DNA of 60,915 nt, counting the filler. It is 6 parts of 6 records of this genome, joined end to end, with 100 filler letters (N's around TTAATTAATTAA, not from the genome) between each part and the next. Parts side by side here need not be neighbours in the genome. Positions count along the whole stretch, not along the records: positions 9,023 to 29,706 come from SRR20825010_1796; 5 more parts are not named here. One strand, 5' to 3'. Position numbers and translations under genes: made by a program. Numbering within the stretch: position 1 is the first letter of the stretch; every line of letters begins with the position of its first letter. The notes below the pieces were generated by a model. The model did no database searches, was not told the DNA's origin, and worked only from the letters and a program-made list of their open reading frames with translations. Shown piece by piece: positions 9,023 through 20,165 of the stretch.

Positions 9023-10602
9023 CCGGCATGTTCGCGCATGGGATGAAACTCAATGGTTTCCCAACGCTTTTGCATCACATCAAGGTCAAATCTTGATGTC
9101 GCCAAAAATGCATGGGTGTTTGCGGCGTCAGTCACCATACGGCCCACGTTCGCATCCATGAAACGGCGCAAATCGTTGGCGTTCTTGCTGGTCACCCAAC
9201 GCGCGCAGCTGTAACGGCTTGAGGCCAGGCGAACTTCCACACCGTACTCGCCCTTCAGGCGGGCCTGCACCACTTCAAACTGCAGCTGCCCAATGGCACC
9301 CAACAACATTTCAGAACCCAAAATGGGTTTGAACACCTGAATGGCACCTTCCTGCCCCAACTCCATCAAGCCTTTCTGCAACTGCTTGCTGCGCATCGGG
9401 TCTTTCAATTCAACGGAAGCAAATAATTCTGGTGCAAAAAATGGCAGGCCGGTGAACTGCAAGCCCTCGCCCTCGCTCAAGGAGTCGCCCAACTGCAAAC
9501 CACCGTGGGTGGTCAAACCAATGATGTCGCCGGCATAAGCTTCATCAACCCGGTCACGACGCTGCGAAAGAAACGTCACCACGCTGGTGGGGCGGAAATC
9601 CTTTCCGGTGCGCAGCACCTTGAACTTCATACCGTGCTCAAAACGCCCGGACAACACACGAACAAACGCAATCCGGTCACGGTGCGCAGGGTCCATGTTC
9701 GCCTGAATTTTAAACACCACACCACTGAACTTGCTTTCAGTGGGCGCAACTTCGCGCTCAATGGCTTTGCGCGGACCAGGGTGTGGGGCCACATCCACCA
9801 GTGCGTCCAACACTTCCTGAACACCAAAATTGTTCACCGCAGAACCGAAAAACATGGGTGTTTGCTTGCCCGCCAGAAACACGGCAGGATCAAAGCTGGG
9901 CGCAGCGCCAGTGACCAATTCAATTTCCTGTTCAGCCTGTTGAAACTCTGCACCAAAACGGCTTCTCAGCAATTCACGGTTGTTGCCATCCACAACTTCG
10001 TCTTCGTCACGACGACGGTCTGCACCGGGCGTGAACACCCGCATGTGGTTTTTTCGAATGTCAAAAATTCCGTGAAACAACTTGCCCTGCCCCACGGGCC
10101 AGGCAAAAGGCACACATGGAATACCCAAGGTGCTTTCAATTTCGTCCATCAATTCAATTGGATCACGCACCTCGCGGTCCATCTTGTTGACGAAAGTAAT
10201 AATGGGCGTATTGCGGGCGCGGCACACCTCAATCAAACGCAGGGTTTGCGGTTCTACACCGTTGGCTGCGTCAATCACCATCAAGGCTGCATCCACGGCA
10301 GTCAACACGCGGTAGGTGTCTTCGGAAAAATCCTGGTGACCTGGGGTGTCAAGCAGGTTGATCACCTGGCCACGGTACTCCATCTGCATGACCGAACTGG
10401 CCACAGAAATACCACGTTGCTTCTCAATTTCCATCCAGTCAGATGTGGCGTGGCGGCTGGCCTTGCGGGCCTTCACACTACCGGCGATCTGAATGGCACC
10501 TGCAAACAACAACAGCTTTTCAGTCAGTGTGGTTTTGCCGGCATCCGGGTGGGAAATGATGGCAAACGTTCGACGACGCTTGACTTCGGATTCAATAGAC
10601 AC
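9023..10602 (-). CDS. prfC: Peptide chain release factor 3 (last few codons cut by the spacer)
   Basis: RRRTFAIISHPDAGKTT, SDWMEIEKQRGIS, DTPGHQDFSEDTYR and FKIQANMDPAHRDR. Confidence 0.97.
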
Positions 10603-10859
10603 AGCAGGCCTTTGGGCGCAAAAGCGGTGATTTTACACGGCCACAGACATTAATTCACCCTGTTTCATTTTCATATCAATTTATTAACCATTAATTTGCG
10701 GTTAACCCTGATGCGGACATCCCGTATTGCCCATTTTTTCAATAGACACGACATTACTGTAGTGTTTTCACACAAGCATGTCATTCACTTGATGAATGAT
10801 AACAATGACAAAGCCCAACACCCAATGGGCACAGTTTCATCAATACATAGGGGATATCA

Positions 10860-11840
10860 ATGAAAGCAATTCTGGCAAAATCCGCCGTTGCAATCAGCCT
10901 GGCCGCACTGGCCATGGGTGCAGCGCATGCAGACAAATCCAAGTGGCCCAAAAGCTTTACGGTTGGCACTGCCTCACAAGGTGGCACTTACTACGCATAT
11001 GGTGCTGGCTGGGCCAACCTGGTTGCAGAAAGTGTTGGCCTTACCGGCGGCGCGGAAGTAACTGGCGGCCCGACCCAAAACCTGGCATTGGTTCACACGG
11101 GCAAACTTGCCTTCGGCATGACCACCATGGGCCCAGCCCGCGATGCCCTGGATGGCAAAAGCCCATTGGCACCTGGCTTGAAAATGAACAAGGTGTGCGC
11201 CATGTTCCCGATGTACCAAACCCCGTTCTCGGTCACCGTGCTGTCATCAAGTGGCATCAAGTCGATCAAAGACATCCCTGCGGGCTCAAAAATTGGTTTC
11301 GGCCCAGCGGGTTCAACCTCCGACACCTACTTTCCAAAAATGCTGGAAACACTGGGCGTGAAGTTCGAGCGTCGCAATGGCGGCTGGTCCGACCTGGGTG
11401 GCCAGTTGCAAGACGGATTGATTGATGTTGTGGCCTTCGCAGCCGGTGTGCCCATTCCAGCGGTAACCCAACTGGAAGTACAAACCCAGATCAATATTCT
11501 GGAATTCACGGAAGCGGAACAGAAAAAAATCATGGACACCTACCCTGTGTCTGCTTTCCCAATCCCGGCCAGCACTTACAAAACCCTGAACAAGGATGCA
11601 CGTGCAGTGTCAATGTGGAACTACGCGATTGCCAACTGCGACTTGCCCGAAAGCTTTGTGTATGAAGCGACCAAGGCCGTGCTGGACAACAACCCGAAAA
11701 TGTTGACCATTCACAAAGGCGCACGCACCACGCTGGCAGAGAACTGGGACAAAAACACATTCATCCCGTTTCACCCCGGTGCAGCGAAGTACTACGAAGA
11801 AAAGGGTTTCAAAATTCCAGCGAATTTGAAACTGAAGTAA
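10860..11840 (+). CDS. TAXI family TRAP transporter solute-binding subunit
   Basis: Signal peptide, GTASQGGTYY, EVTGGPTQN and IPFHPGAAKYY motifs. Confidence 0.92.
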   Translation: MKAILAKSAVAISLAALAMGAAHADKSKWPKSFTVGTASQGGTYYAYGAGWANLVAESVGLTGGAEVTGGPTQNLALVHTGKLAFGMTTMGPARDALDGKSPLAPGLKMNKVCAMFPMYQTPFSVTVLSSSGIKSIKDIPAGSKIGFGPAGSTSDTYFPKMLETLGVKFERRNGGWSDLGGQLQDGLIDVVAFAAGVPIPAVTQLEVQTQINILEFTEAEQKKIMDTYPVSAFPIPASTYKTLNKDARAVSMWNYAIANCDLPESFVYEATKAVLDNNPKMLTIHKGARTTLAENWDKNTFIPFHPGAAKYYEEKGFKIPANLKLK

Positions 11841-11868
11841 ACAGACTTTCAATACGATTGATCTGAAC

Positions 11869-11899
11869 CACGTCGGGCCATCTTCACAGGCTCGACGTG
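11869..11899 (+). other. Intercistronic stem-loop between the TAXI binding-protein and permease genes
   Basis: CACGTCGGGCC / GGCTCGACGTG 11-bp stem (one G-U), no U-tract; typical position for a hairpin that stabilises the upstream mRNA. Confidence 0.55.
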
Positions 11900-11941
11900 C
11901 TCAGCCAGGCACATTCAATATTCTAAAAAATTGGTTTCATC

Positions 11942-14131
11942 ATGACCACACCATCCAGCGCAACAAATCCCGCAGACGAAGATCGTCTCATCGCCCATGG
12001 CGTCGACGAGGAACTGCCCGCGAACAACCAGCGTCAATTTACCCAAAACGCCGCACTGGTTGTTTCCATTATTTCAGCTGCCTATGCCTTTTGGCATGTT
12101 TTTACATTGAACGTGTCACCAGTGGAAACCTGGGCATTCAGGATACTGCACGTTGCCGGCGCACTGATGATTGGTTTTATCGCGTACTCATCGGCCAATG
12201 TGGATCAACCACAGCGTGGCAACCAGAATATTATCAAAGGGCTTGCGGTGCTGTTGGCTTTGCCGATTCTGTATTCGCTGTACGTTGTTTTCGAGATGAG
12301 CCAGATCATCGCCAACAGCGAAATGATCACACCTGAAATGGAAGTAAATCATTTTGGAATTCCACTTGCAGCGGCCTCGCTTGGTGCAATTGTTGCCAGT
12401 TGGTTCCTGCGACCCGAAGGCAATAGATTCAACTGGCTCGATGCCACCCTGGTATTGGCAGTAATCGCCAGCACCGCGTACCTGATGCTGCACCTGGATG
12501 GCACCGCTTTGCGTATGCGTGCGGGCACCCCCTTTGCATCTCCCGGCAACGCTTGGGCTGCCATGGTTGGTTTGGCACTCATTCTTGAACTGACACGTCG
12601 CGTGGCTGGAAGCGCTTTGGTAGTCATCTCCGTCATTTTCGTGGTGTATTCATTTGTCGGCCCCTATTTGCCAGGCTTTCTGACGCACGACGGTTTCGAT
12701 TTCAGTCGTTTTTTCTCTTACATCTACACCGATGCAGGCGTTCTGGGTGCAACCACAGCAGTGTCGTCCACCTACATCATTCTGTTCATCGTGTTCGCGG
12801 CGTTTCTGCAGGCATCCAAGGTCGGAGATTACTTCGTTAATTTTGCCTTCGCTGCGGCAGGCCGTGCGCGTGGCGGTCCGGCCAAAGTGGCGGTGTTTGC
12901 CTCTGGCTTGATGGGCATGATCAACGGAACCAGTGCCGGCAATGTGGTGGCCACGGGATCATTGACCATTCCATTGATGAAAAAAGTGGGATACAACAGC
13001 AAAACAGCGGGCGCCATTGAGGCAGCTGCATCCACAGGCGGACAAATCATGCCGCCCATCATGGGTGCAGGTGCGTTCATCATGGCGGAGATCACCGGCA
13101 TACCCTATTCCGACATTGCAATTGCTGCTGTCATTCCAGCCGTGCTTTACTTCCTGTCAACCTACCTGATGGTTGACTTTGAGGCTGCCAAACTGGGCAT
13201 GCGCGGCATGCGGTCTGACGAGTTACCGCAGTTCTCCAAAATGGTGAAACAGGTGTACCTGTTCATCCCGATCATCATTCTGATCGTTGCCTTGTTCATG
13301 GGCTACTCCGTTATTCGTGCGGGCACCTTGGCCACAGCAGCCGCAGCCGTGGTCAGTTGGCTGACCCCTTTTAAAATGGGGCCGAAAAGCATTTTCAAGG
13401 CCTTTGACCTGGCTGGCGTGATGTCTATCCAGATCATCGCGGTGTGTGCATGTGCGGGTATTATTGTGGGCGTGATCGCGCTCACTGGGGTGGGTGCTCG
13501 CTTCTCGTCCATTTTGCTGAACATTGCCGAGAATTCCCAACTGATCGCCCTGTTCTTTGCCATGTGTATCGCCATTTTGCTGGGCATGGGCATGCCCACC
13601 ACAGCAGCGTATGCAGTGGCCGCCTCCGTGGTAGCCCCCGGCTTGATCGAGCTTGGGATTGAACCGCTGGTAGCGCATTTCTTCGTATTCTACTTTGCGG
13701 TCATTTCAGCCATCACGCCGCCAGTGGCACTTGCATCCTATGCCGCAGCGGGTATTTCGGGAGCCAACCCAATGGCAACGTCTTTCACTTCGTTCAAGAT
13801 TGGATTGACCGCTTTCATTGTGCCGTTCATGTTCTTCTACAATGCGGCGCTGTTAATGGAAGGTGAATGGTTTGTCATCCTGCGCGCATTCACAACAGCC
13901 TGTATCGGTGTGTTCTTCCTGGCCGCAGCGATTCAAGGCTGGTTCTGGGGATCACATTCCAACTGGGTAGTGCGCGCGGTGCTGTTGATTGCGGCGCTTT
14001 GCATGATCGAAGGCGGCTTGTACACCGACATCGCTGGCGCTGTGTTGGCCGTGGTGGCCATCGTTCTTAATAAATTCTTTAAAGGAAAACCTGCACCACA
14101 ACCCATCGTCTCCACCCGGGGCATGGATTAA
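11942..14131 (+). CDS. TRAP transporter fused permease (4TM/12TM, TAXI type)
   Basis: Very hydrophobic, with GGPAKVAV, EAAASTGGQIMPPIMGAGAF, LGMGMPTTAAY and SAITPPVALA. Confidence 0.94.
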   Translation: MTTPSSATNPADEDRLIAHGVDEELPANNQRQFTQNAALVVSIISAAYAFWHVFTLNVSPVETWAFRILHVAGALMIGFIAYSSANVDQPQRGNQNIIKGLAVLLALPILYSLYVVFEMSQIIANSEMITPEMEVNHFGIPLAAASLGAIVASWFLRPEGNRFNWLDATLVLAVIASTAYLMLHLDGTALRMRAGTPFASPGNAWAAMVGLALILELTRRVAGSALVVISVIFVVYSFVGPYLPGFLTHDGFDFSRFFSYIYTDAGVLGATTAVSSTYIILFIVFAAFLQASKVGDYFVNFAFAAAGRARGGPAKVAVFASGLMGMINGTSAGNVVATGSLTIPLMKKVGYNSKTAGAIEAAASTGGQIMPPIMGAGAFIMAEITGIPYSDIAIAAVIPAVLYFLSTYLMVDFEAAKLGMRGMRSDELPQFSKMVKQVYLFIPIIILIVALFMGYSVIRAGTLATAAAAVVSWLTPFKMGPKSIFKAFDLAGVMSIQIIAVCACAGIIVGVIALTGVGARFSSILLNIAENSQLIALFFAMCIAILLGMGMPTTAAYAVAASVVAPGLIELGIEPLVAHFFVFYFAVISAITPPVALASYAAAGISGANPMATSFTSFKIGLTAFIVPFMFFYNAALLMEGEWFVILRAFTTACIGVFFLAAAIQGWFWGSHSNWVVRAVLLIAALCMIEGGLYTDIAGAVLAVVAIVLNKFFKGKPAPQPIVSTRGMD

Positions 14132-14143
14132 AAACCTGCATTG

Positions 14144-14183
14144 CCTGAGGCTTTCACACACATTTTTAGTGTAGAGCCTCAGG
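14144..14183. terminator. Hairpin after the TRAP permease
   Basis: CCTGAGGCT / AGCCTCAGG inverted repeat with partial inner pairing, 12 nt after the stop. Confidence 0.45.
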
Positions 14184-14269
14184 TTCAAACCCTTTCATTG
14201 CTGAATCGATTTCCCTATAGTGCGAAATGTCACGAAACTTGACTACTCGCCACCCAAGGAGATCTCACG

Positions 14270-14845
14270 ATGTACGCTTTCGAAAAAACAGCAGAACTGC
14301 TGACCAAAACCAACACCGAACTGAAAAGCCAACACCAGGCAGCGGCCAAAGCCCTGAACAGCCTGGTACAGACACAATTCGGCCTGCTGTCACAGGGTTT
14401 GGGCAATGCCTTCACCGCAGCCGAGAAGCTGCCATTGGCTGACAAGGCCGTTGTTGTGAATGCGCGCACCGAGATCAAGCAAGGCCTTGAGAAAGTAGTA
14501 GGCGTAAGCCAGGTCTACACACAAAAAGGCGTTGAGCTGTTTGAACAACAGTTGCCTGTGGTGATCGACAAGGGTTTTTCTTATGCTGCACTGGCCCTGT
14601 CACAAGCTGAGTCTTTGACTGAAAACGCCATCACCATGGGTGTAAGCGCCTTGGAACAAGCCAAGAAAAACGAAACACTGAAGCCCGCCATTGAGCAAGC
14701 TGAGCAAATTGCAGCCCAGTTGTTCGAAAAAATTGGTGTGAAAGGTGAAGCTGGCGCCAAGAAAACAGCCAAGAAGCCTGCTGCCAAGAAAGCTGCGGCA
14801 CCACGCGCCAAACGCGCTGCAGCTACGCCCAAAGCATCTGTCTGA
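14270..14845 (+). CDS. Phasin-like amphipathic helical protein with Lys/Ala/Pro-rich (histone H1-like) tail
   Basis: Strong RBS AAGGAG; Ala/Leu/Gln/Glu helical body; C-terminus AKKTAKKPAAKKAAAPRAKRAAATPKA; the family call is inference. Confidence 0.5.
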   Translation: MYAFEKTAELLTKTNTELKSQHQAAAKALNSLVQTQFGLLSQGLGNAFTAAEKLPLADKAVVVNARTEIKQGLEKVVGVSQVYTQKGVELFEQQLPVVIDKGFSYAALALSQAESLTENAITMGVSALEQAKKNETLKPAIEQAEQIAAQLFEKIGVKGEAGAKKTAKKPAAKKAAAPRAKRAAATPKASV

Positions 14846-14883
14846 AAAGACATGTCTCAGCTTGAGCTGAGCTTTGCTTAAAC

Positions 14884-14913
14884 AAAAAACCCTCGAAAGC
14901 TCGAGGGTTTTTT
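14884..14913. terminator. Bidirectional Rho-independent terminator
   Basis: AAAAAACCCTCGA-AAGC-TCGAGGGTTTTTT. Confidence 0.88.
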
Positions 14914-15209
14914 ATTCAGGTTGCCCAGGCATTGTCAGCACAGCCACAGAATCAGTGCGTAACAAATGCCCCCTCCCAAAACGCCTACAAACCATTCCCG
15001 CCGGGATTCCGCTTCGCTTAGCGAATGAACACCCAAACTGCTGTTGTTTGCAAAATCATCCATGGCCAAACTCCCGGTGCATAATACAAATGCGTGTGTC
15101 GATGGCTTTATTTAAAACCAGATTGCGTGCTCCGTCTTTCCCGCAATGGGGGCCACCTTAAACGATTACCTCTATCGCGTGAGGCAAGAACAGATTCAGG
15201 AAGATACAG

Positions 15210-16070
15210 ATGATGAAGCGCTTTAAACAAATGCTCACCTGCTGCCTGGTGGCACTGGTGGGCTTGAACGCCTGCACCACCACGCCACAAGGCAAGCATC
15301 AACCCAAAGCCAACTGGACAAGCTCTTTTCTAAGCATGGTGGTGGGCGGCCAAACCATGCCCGATGGTGTCAACAACTGGCAGTGCAAACCAGCACCGGG
15401 CCAAAACCCGGTTGTGCTGGTGCACGGCACCTTCTCCAGCTCCATGTATTCTTTTGGCGCATTGGGCCCTGCCCTGGCCAATGAATCCCTGTGCGTATTT
15501 TCCGTAGATTATGGCGCTGAAAAATCGAACGACTGGTTCAAAGGGGTAGGCCCGGTAGATGATTCAGCACATCGCATTTCAGAATTCGTGGGTTTGGTAA
15601 AAACAAGCACCGGCAGCAACAAAATCACATTGGTGGGGCATTCGCAAGGTGGCCTGATTGGGTTTTACTACTTGAAAATGCTTCAGGGTGCCGATCATGT
15701 TGATCGATTCATCGCATTGGCGCCCAGTGTCAACGGCACATCGATTGCAAAAACGCCCAACCGCAAAGCCGTGGAATATTGCATTGCCTGTGCCGACCAA
15801 CACCCAAAATCAGAACTGCTTCGCACACTGCAAGCGGGACAAATCGCTGTGCCCGGTGTGGCTTACAGTGTGTTGGTTACCAAAAACGACCAGGTTGTTC
15901 TGCCCGTTGAAAAACAGTTTGTGCGGGAACCTGGTGTGCAAAACATTTATATTCAGGATGTGCTGCCGGGCAAGCGCGTTTCACACAGCGGCATGCTTTA
16001 CGACAACGACACCGTGAAACTGATTACCCGGTTGGTCAAGGGTGAATTGATCCACACGGCGGCAAATTAA
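15210..16070 (+). CDS. Secreted or lipoprotein alpha/beta-hydrolase (lipase class 2-like)
   Basis: Lipobox LNAC, oxyanion-hole PVVLVHGT, nucleophile GHSQGG, and D (KNDQVV) and H (VSHSG) triad candidates. Confidence 0.85.
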   Translation: MMKRFKQMLTCCLVALVGLNACTTTPQGKHQPKANWTSSFLSMVVGGQTMPDGVNNWQCKPAPGQNPVVLVHGTFSSSMYSFGALGPALANESLCVFSVDYGAEKSNDWFKGVGPVDDSAHRISEFVGLVKTSTGSNKITLVGHSQGGLIGFYYLKMLQGADHVDRFIALAPSVNGTSIAKTPNRKAVEYCIACADQHPKSELLRTLQAGQIAVPGVAYSVLVTKNDQVVLPVEKQFVREPGVQNIYIQDVLPGKRVSHSGMLYDNDTVKLITRLVKGELIHTAAN

Positions 16071-16096
16071 AAACACGGTGCAGCACGGGTCAACTT

Positions 16097-17866
16097 TCAT
16101 TTCACGACTTCATAGCATTGTGTGCGGGCATTGAAACGATACAAGGAATCGTGAAACTGGTTTTGATCAATACCTTCTTTTTTCAATTGCACTTTTTGAT
16201 ACTTGAATGTTCCCGTGGTTTCAACCAGCTTCAAAACACGCACATATTGCGGCACCGCATAGGCTGGCAAATTTGAAAGCAGGTGGTTGGCCATGGTTTT
16301 CAAATCAAGCCGGCACCCCCGCTTCACTGCCACCGCCGCCATTCCCGCCCGGCCGTCAACACCCTCCAGCTTCACACCATAGACAACCGCATGCTCCAGA
16401 AAATGCAGCTTGGCCAACACCCCTTCCACCTCGGAAGTGGCCACGTTCTCCCCCTTCCATCGGAATGTGTCACCCAAGCGGTCAACGAACTGAATATGCT
16501 GCCAACCTTGCCTGCGCACCAGATCGCCGGAATTGAACCAGCAATCGCCTTTCCTGAAAACACTGCGCAGCAATTTGCCCTCATTGGCGGCAGGGTCGGT
16601 GTAACCATCAAAGGGACGCAACCCTGTGACCTCGCTGATCAACAAACCAACCGCCCCCCGAACCACCGGCGTGCAAAAACCACGGGCATCGCGCTCCACC
16701 TGCTCGGTGTCTGCATCGCAAGCCACAACTTCGTAAGGCATCGGGCAAAAACCCACGGTCTCTTTTAAACCAAAGGCATTCATGAACCCAAGGTTGGATT
16801 CACTGGCGCCATAAAACTCGAAAATCTGGTGAATGCCGAAACGATTTTCAAAGTCGCCCCATATTTCCGGGCGCAAGCCATTGCCCAAAATCAACCGCAC
16901 CTCGTGGTTTTGATCGTCCATGCGCTTTGGCTGGTTCAACAAATAACGCAGCAGTTCACCGATGTAACAAAACACGGTGGCCTTGTAATGCGCGATGCGA
17001 TGCCAGAATTTGCTGGCGCTGAATTTTTCATCCAAAGCAAAACAGGCGCCTGCCGCAACCACGACACCCAGGGAAACTGTCAGGGCATTGTTGTGGTAAA
17101 GCGGCAAGCAACAATAAAGGACATCGTCTGAATTCAGGCGCACAGCGGTATTCATGCCCAACGCGGCCTGCAACCAGCGGTAATGGCTCATCACCGAAGC
17201 CTTGGGCAAACCCGTAGTGCCTGAAGTGAAAATATAAAAGCAAGGCGAGCTGGCAATGATCTGCGCTGTGCACGCCAAATTGTGCGCGGGCTGGGTACAC
17301 CATGCGCTGCGAAAATCGCTGACCAGCAGATCACTGCTGGCCGCTTGAAGTGACAACACCTCGATTGGCTTCAAAAAACCTGGCTGCTCTTTGTCCAGGG
17401 TTTTCAATATGTCCATACCCTTGTCACAGGCAAGCACCAGGCGCGGCTTCACCAGCCCAATGCTGTGGGCCTGCACAGCCCCCTGCTGATTGGTGTTCAG
17501 CAAGGCAGCCACAGCACCCAGTTTTGCGCATGCGATTACAGCCAGCAGGGTTTCCGCCCGGTTGACAGACAGCAGCCCTACCGTGTCCCCAGCCTGCACG
17601 CCCAGGGCCTGCAAGCCACGCGCCATCTGGTTACAGCAGGCATTGGCTTTTTCATAGCTCCATGTTTCACCGCCGCTTTTCAGAAAGGGCTGCCGAGCAT
17701 GCTTTGCAGCAGTTTCCTGAAACAACAAACCCAGTGAACGCCGGGAATGAGGCCGAAGAAACGCCAGGTTAAACAACGAAGGCAAGATCCTGGGCATGTC
17801 CGGCAACAAGCCCAAAGCACCTCTCGCGATATCAATGGCTGAAACAGTTTTGCCTTGAACTGTCAT
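16097..17866 (-). CDS. Long-chain acyl-CoA synthetase, FATP/FACL family
   Basis: YIFTSGTTGLPKAS, EFYGASE, WFNSGDL and FATP signature DRLGDTFRWKGENVAT; start set at ATG 17866, which has a GGAG RBS. Confidence 0.92.
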   Translation of the reverse strand: MTVQGKTVSAIDIARGALGLLPDMPRILPSLFNLAFLRPHSRRSLGLLFQETAAKHARQPFLKSGGETWSYEKANACCNQMARGLQALGVQAGDTVGLLSVNRAETLLAVIACAKLGAVAALLNTNQQGAVQAHSIGLVKPRLVLACDKGMDILKTLDKEQPGFLKPIEVLSLQAASSDLLVSDFRSAWCTQPAHNLACTAQIIASSPCFYIFTSGTTGLPKASVMSHYRWLQAALGMNTAVRLNSDDVLYCCLPLYHNNALTVSLGVVVAAGACFALDEKFSASKFWHRIAHYKATVFCYIGELLRYLLNQPKRMDDQNHEVRLILGNGLRPEIWGDFENRFGIHQIFEFYGASESNLGFMNAFGLKETVGFCPMPYEVVACDADTEQVERDARGFCTPVVRGAVGLLISEVTGLRPFDGYTDPAANEGKLLRSVFRKGDCWFNSGDLVRRQGWQHIQFVDRLGDTFRWKGENVATSEVEGVLAKLHFLEHAVVYGVKLEGVDGRAGMAAVAVKRGCRLDLKTMANHLLSNLPAYAVPQYVRVLKLVETTGTFKYQKVQLKKEGIDQNQFHDSLYRFNARTQCYEVVK

Positions 17867-17997
17867 TTTGTGCGGTCTCCCGAGGCTGTACCGTGTTTTT
17901 TCATACAGAAAAAGATACACTCATTGGGTCAACGAAACTTGCGTACCCACCGTTTTTATCAATGTCATCCGGCTGCCCAGTTAATAAGTACTCCTCC

Positions 17998-18492
17998 ATG
18001 CCCATAGCCCAAGTACGCTTTAAAACCGTGTTTTGCCTGCTTGCAATTGCAGCTTCTTTCTTTGGGTCTACAGCAAATGCGAAAAATTTTATCGGCTACA
18101 CCGGCAAAGGCTGGAACAACGACTTCGGCGTATTGCGTGGTCAGTGCGACGCAAGCCAGGTTCAAGCTGAATCCCTGAAGGGCAGCTTGACCGAGCAGAT
18201 GGCCTACGTAGAATCTGGCGAAGCGTTTAAGTCGATCTTCCCCAAAACCGAGCTGGTTGACGCCTTCGCAGTTGATTCGCATTGCTTTGGCCATACCATG
18301 GAACTGGTACCCTCGGGTCAGGCAGTTCGGTGGATAAACCCAGCCAACGGAATTGGGGTGTATTTGTCGCCAGGCGCGAAGTCCGACACCTGCCGAACCT
18401 ACCTGGGTGTCACCATTGTGAATGGCGAGAAAACAAAGTTTCGTGGTGAAGTGTGTTCGCCCACCAAAGGCTTGTGGCGCGTTCAGCAGTGA
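17998..18492 (+). CDS. Secreted protein, 17-kDa surface antigen (RT0821/Lpp0805)-like
   Basis: Signal peptide ending in ANA, and C-terminal pattern ME....GQAVRWINP....G......CRTY........GEVC....G.W. Confidence 0.55.
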   Translation: MPIAQVRFKTVFCLLAIAASFFGSTANAKNFIGYTGKGWNNDFGVLRGQCDASQVQAESLKGSLTEQMAYVESGEAFKSIFPKTELVDAFAVDSHCFGHTMELVPSGQAVRWINPANGIGVYLSPGAKSDTCRTYLGVTIVNGEKTKFRGEVCSPTKGLWRVQQ

Positions 18493-20162
18493 ATTGCGTT
18501 TCGCAACCTGCCCAGTGTATTGGTGTGCCCTACCAACACCAGCAGTAATTTTGCGCGTGTCATCGCCACAAACAACTTCCTGAAATCAGTCTCGTTAAAT
18601 TCATCGAAAGCCAGTTCAGTGACCACAACCGCTTGGGCAGATTGCCCTTTAAAACGGTAAACCGATTCCGCATGCACATTGCCTTCGGTAAACACCTGGC
18701 TGCCATTTTCATCGTATCGGCCCGTAAAATGTCTCAAGCTGTGCGGCCCCAGGCTGGCTTGCGCCAACACTTTTGATTTCTCGTGACCACGCATGCTAAG
18801 CACTGCAATTTTGTCGCGCGTAAAACCATGCCGCAAACAGGCAGTGATGGACTTGGCAGTTTGGCTTAACAGCGACTCCTCGTTGTCGTACTCAAAAAAC
18901 TCAAGCGGCAAACCTTCCAAGGGGCATGCTGCTTCAATGTCCAATGACAAACGCGATTCAAACCTGAATTCCCGTTGCACCAGTTGCAAAGCCTGAACCA
19001 CACGCTTGGGGTTTCGGTAATTCATGGGGGTGTGCAGGCTAACCCAACCCGGCAGGCTGATAGGGGGTTTGGCATACAGGTTTTGAATGGGGTCTTCCAG
19101 CCACAACCAGCGTGTGCCGGAATGCGCGCAACGCTGAAGCACCGACAACCAGCTTTGGTCGAAATCCTGACCTTCATCCACCACAATTGAATCGAACACC
19201 CAACGTTTGTCCACTGGCGTGGCCAGCACTTGCTCGGCCAAGCGGCCAAACACCCCCGGCGATGCATAGTCCACTTCCTGCCCGGCATCGCGCAGCATGC
19301 GGTCGCACAGCGCATGAAAATTAAATACCACAGCGCCCATCAAACCCGCTTCGCGAACCTGCTGCGCCATGTGCGAAGACAGTGGGCGGTTGTAACACAC
19401 GTACAAGGTTCGGGCTTTTAAACCATGGTTGCGCTGCAATTCACTGAAAGCCAATTGCGATTTTCCACTGCCAGCAGTGCCTGTAACGCGCAGGCGAAAC
19501 GGCTCGAAACTGAGCCTTGAAACCCACTGCTCCAGGCCGTGCGACAAGCGCGTCACCAAAGTTTCTGCGGCCTGTGACAAGGCCCCTACTTCGGGAACCA
19601 GGTTCAGTTCATTGCACAAAAATGAATGAATCGCTTTGGGATTGGTCTGGCTGCTGAACAGGTCTGCCGTAATGTCGATGGTCTGTATCAGGGCGGCCAA
19701 TTCTTCTTTGTGTCGGGCATCCACCACGCGCTCGGCATTCACCGTAAGCCCGCCCGGGTCGGGCACTGTGAAGTCGGGGCAGTAAAAAATGGGTTCTACC
19801 CGTAGGGTGCCCTGGTGCTGCTGCCTGAACTTCTGGTTCAGCAAAGCACCTTGTTCGGCCAGGGCATTGAACACATCCTGACGCTGTTCACCCAACTGTT
19901 TCACCACCCGGCCTTGGTCCACTTTCATCAAACCGGTTTTCATCAAAATGCTGTAAACAATGCCGCTTGGGCCCAGTATCAAAAACTGGATACGCCCGGT
20001 GACTGTCAGCCCGTGCTCGATACGCGACCAATGTATGCCGTGATAAATGGTGTAGTTGTCGGGCAACTGCGCTTGCAATAGCAACAAGACATCCCGCTCG
20101 CGGGCTTGTGCGCCATCTAGCGCAAGCTCACTGGTGTCGGAGGGATAAACCTTGGCGGGCAC
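18483..20162 (-). CDS. NERD-like domain fused to a superfamily 1 (UvrD-like) helicase/ATPase
   Basis: Walker A GTAGSGKS, motif Ia YVCYNRPL, Walker B IVVDEGQD, DPIQN, NYRNP, SVYRFKG and FVAMTRA; N-terminal NERD-type region. Confidence 0.82.
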   Translation of the reverse strand: MPAKVYPSDTSELALDGAQARERDVLLLLQAQLPDNYTIYHGIHWSRIEHGLTVTGRIQFLILGPSGIVYSILMKTGLMKVDQGRVVKQLGEQRQDVFNALAEQGALLNQKFRQQHQGTLRVEPIFYCPDFTVPDPGGLTVNAERVVDARHKEELAALIQTIDITADLFSSQTNPKAIHSFLCNELNLVPEVGALSQAAETLVTRLSHGLEQWVSRLSFEPFRLRVTGTAGSGKSQLAFSELQRNHGLKARTLYVCYNRPLSSHMAQQVREAGLMGAVVFNFHALCDRMLRDAGQEVDYASPGVFGRLAEQVLATPVDKRWVFDSIVVDEGQDFDQSWLSVLQRCAHSGTRWLWLEDPIQNLYAKPPISLPGWVSLHTPMNYRNPKRVVQALQLVQREFRFESRLSLDIEAACPLEGLPLEFFEYDNEESLLSQTAKSITACLRHGFTRDKIAVLSMRGHEKSKVLAQASLGPHSLRHFTGRYDENGSQVFTEGNVHAESVYRFKGQSAQAVVVTELAFDEFNETDFRKLFVAMTRAKLLLVLVGHTNTLGRLRNAIHC

Positions 20163-20165
20163 GCC

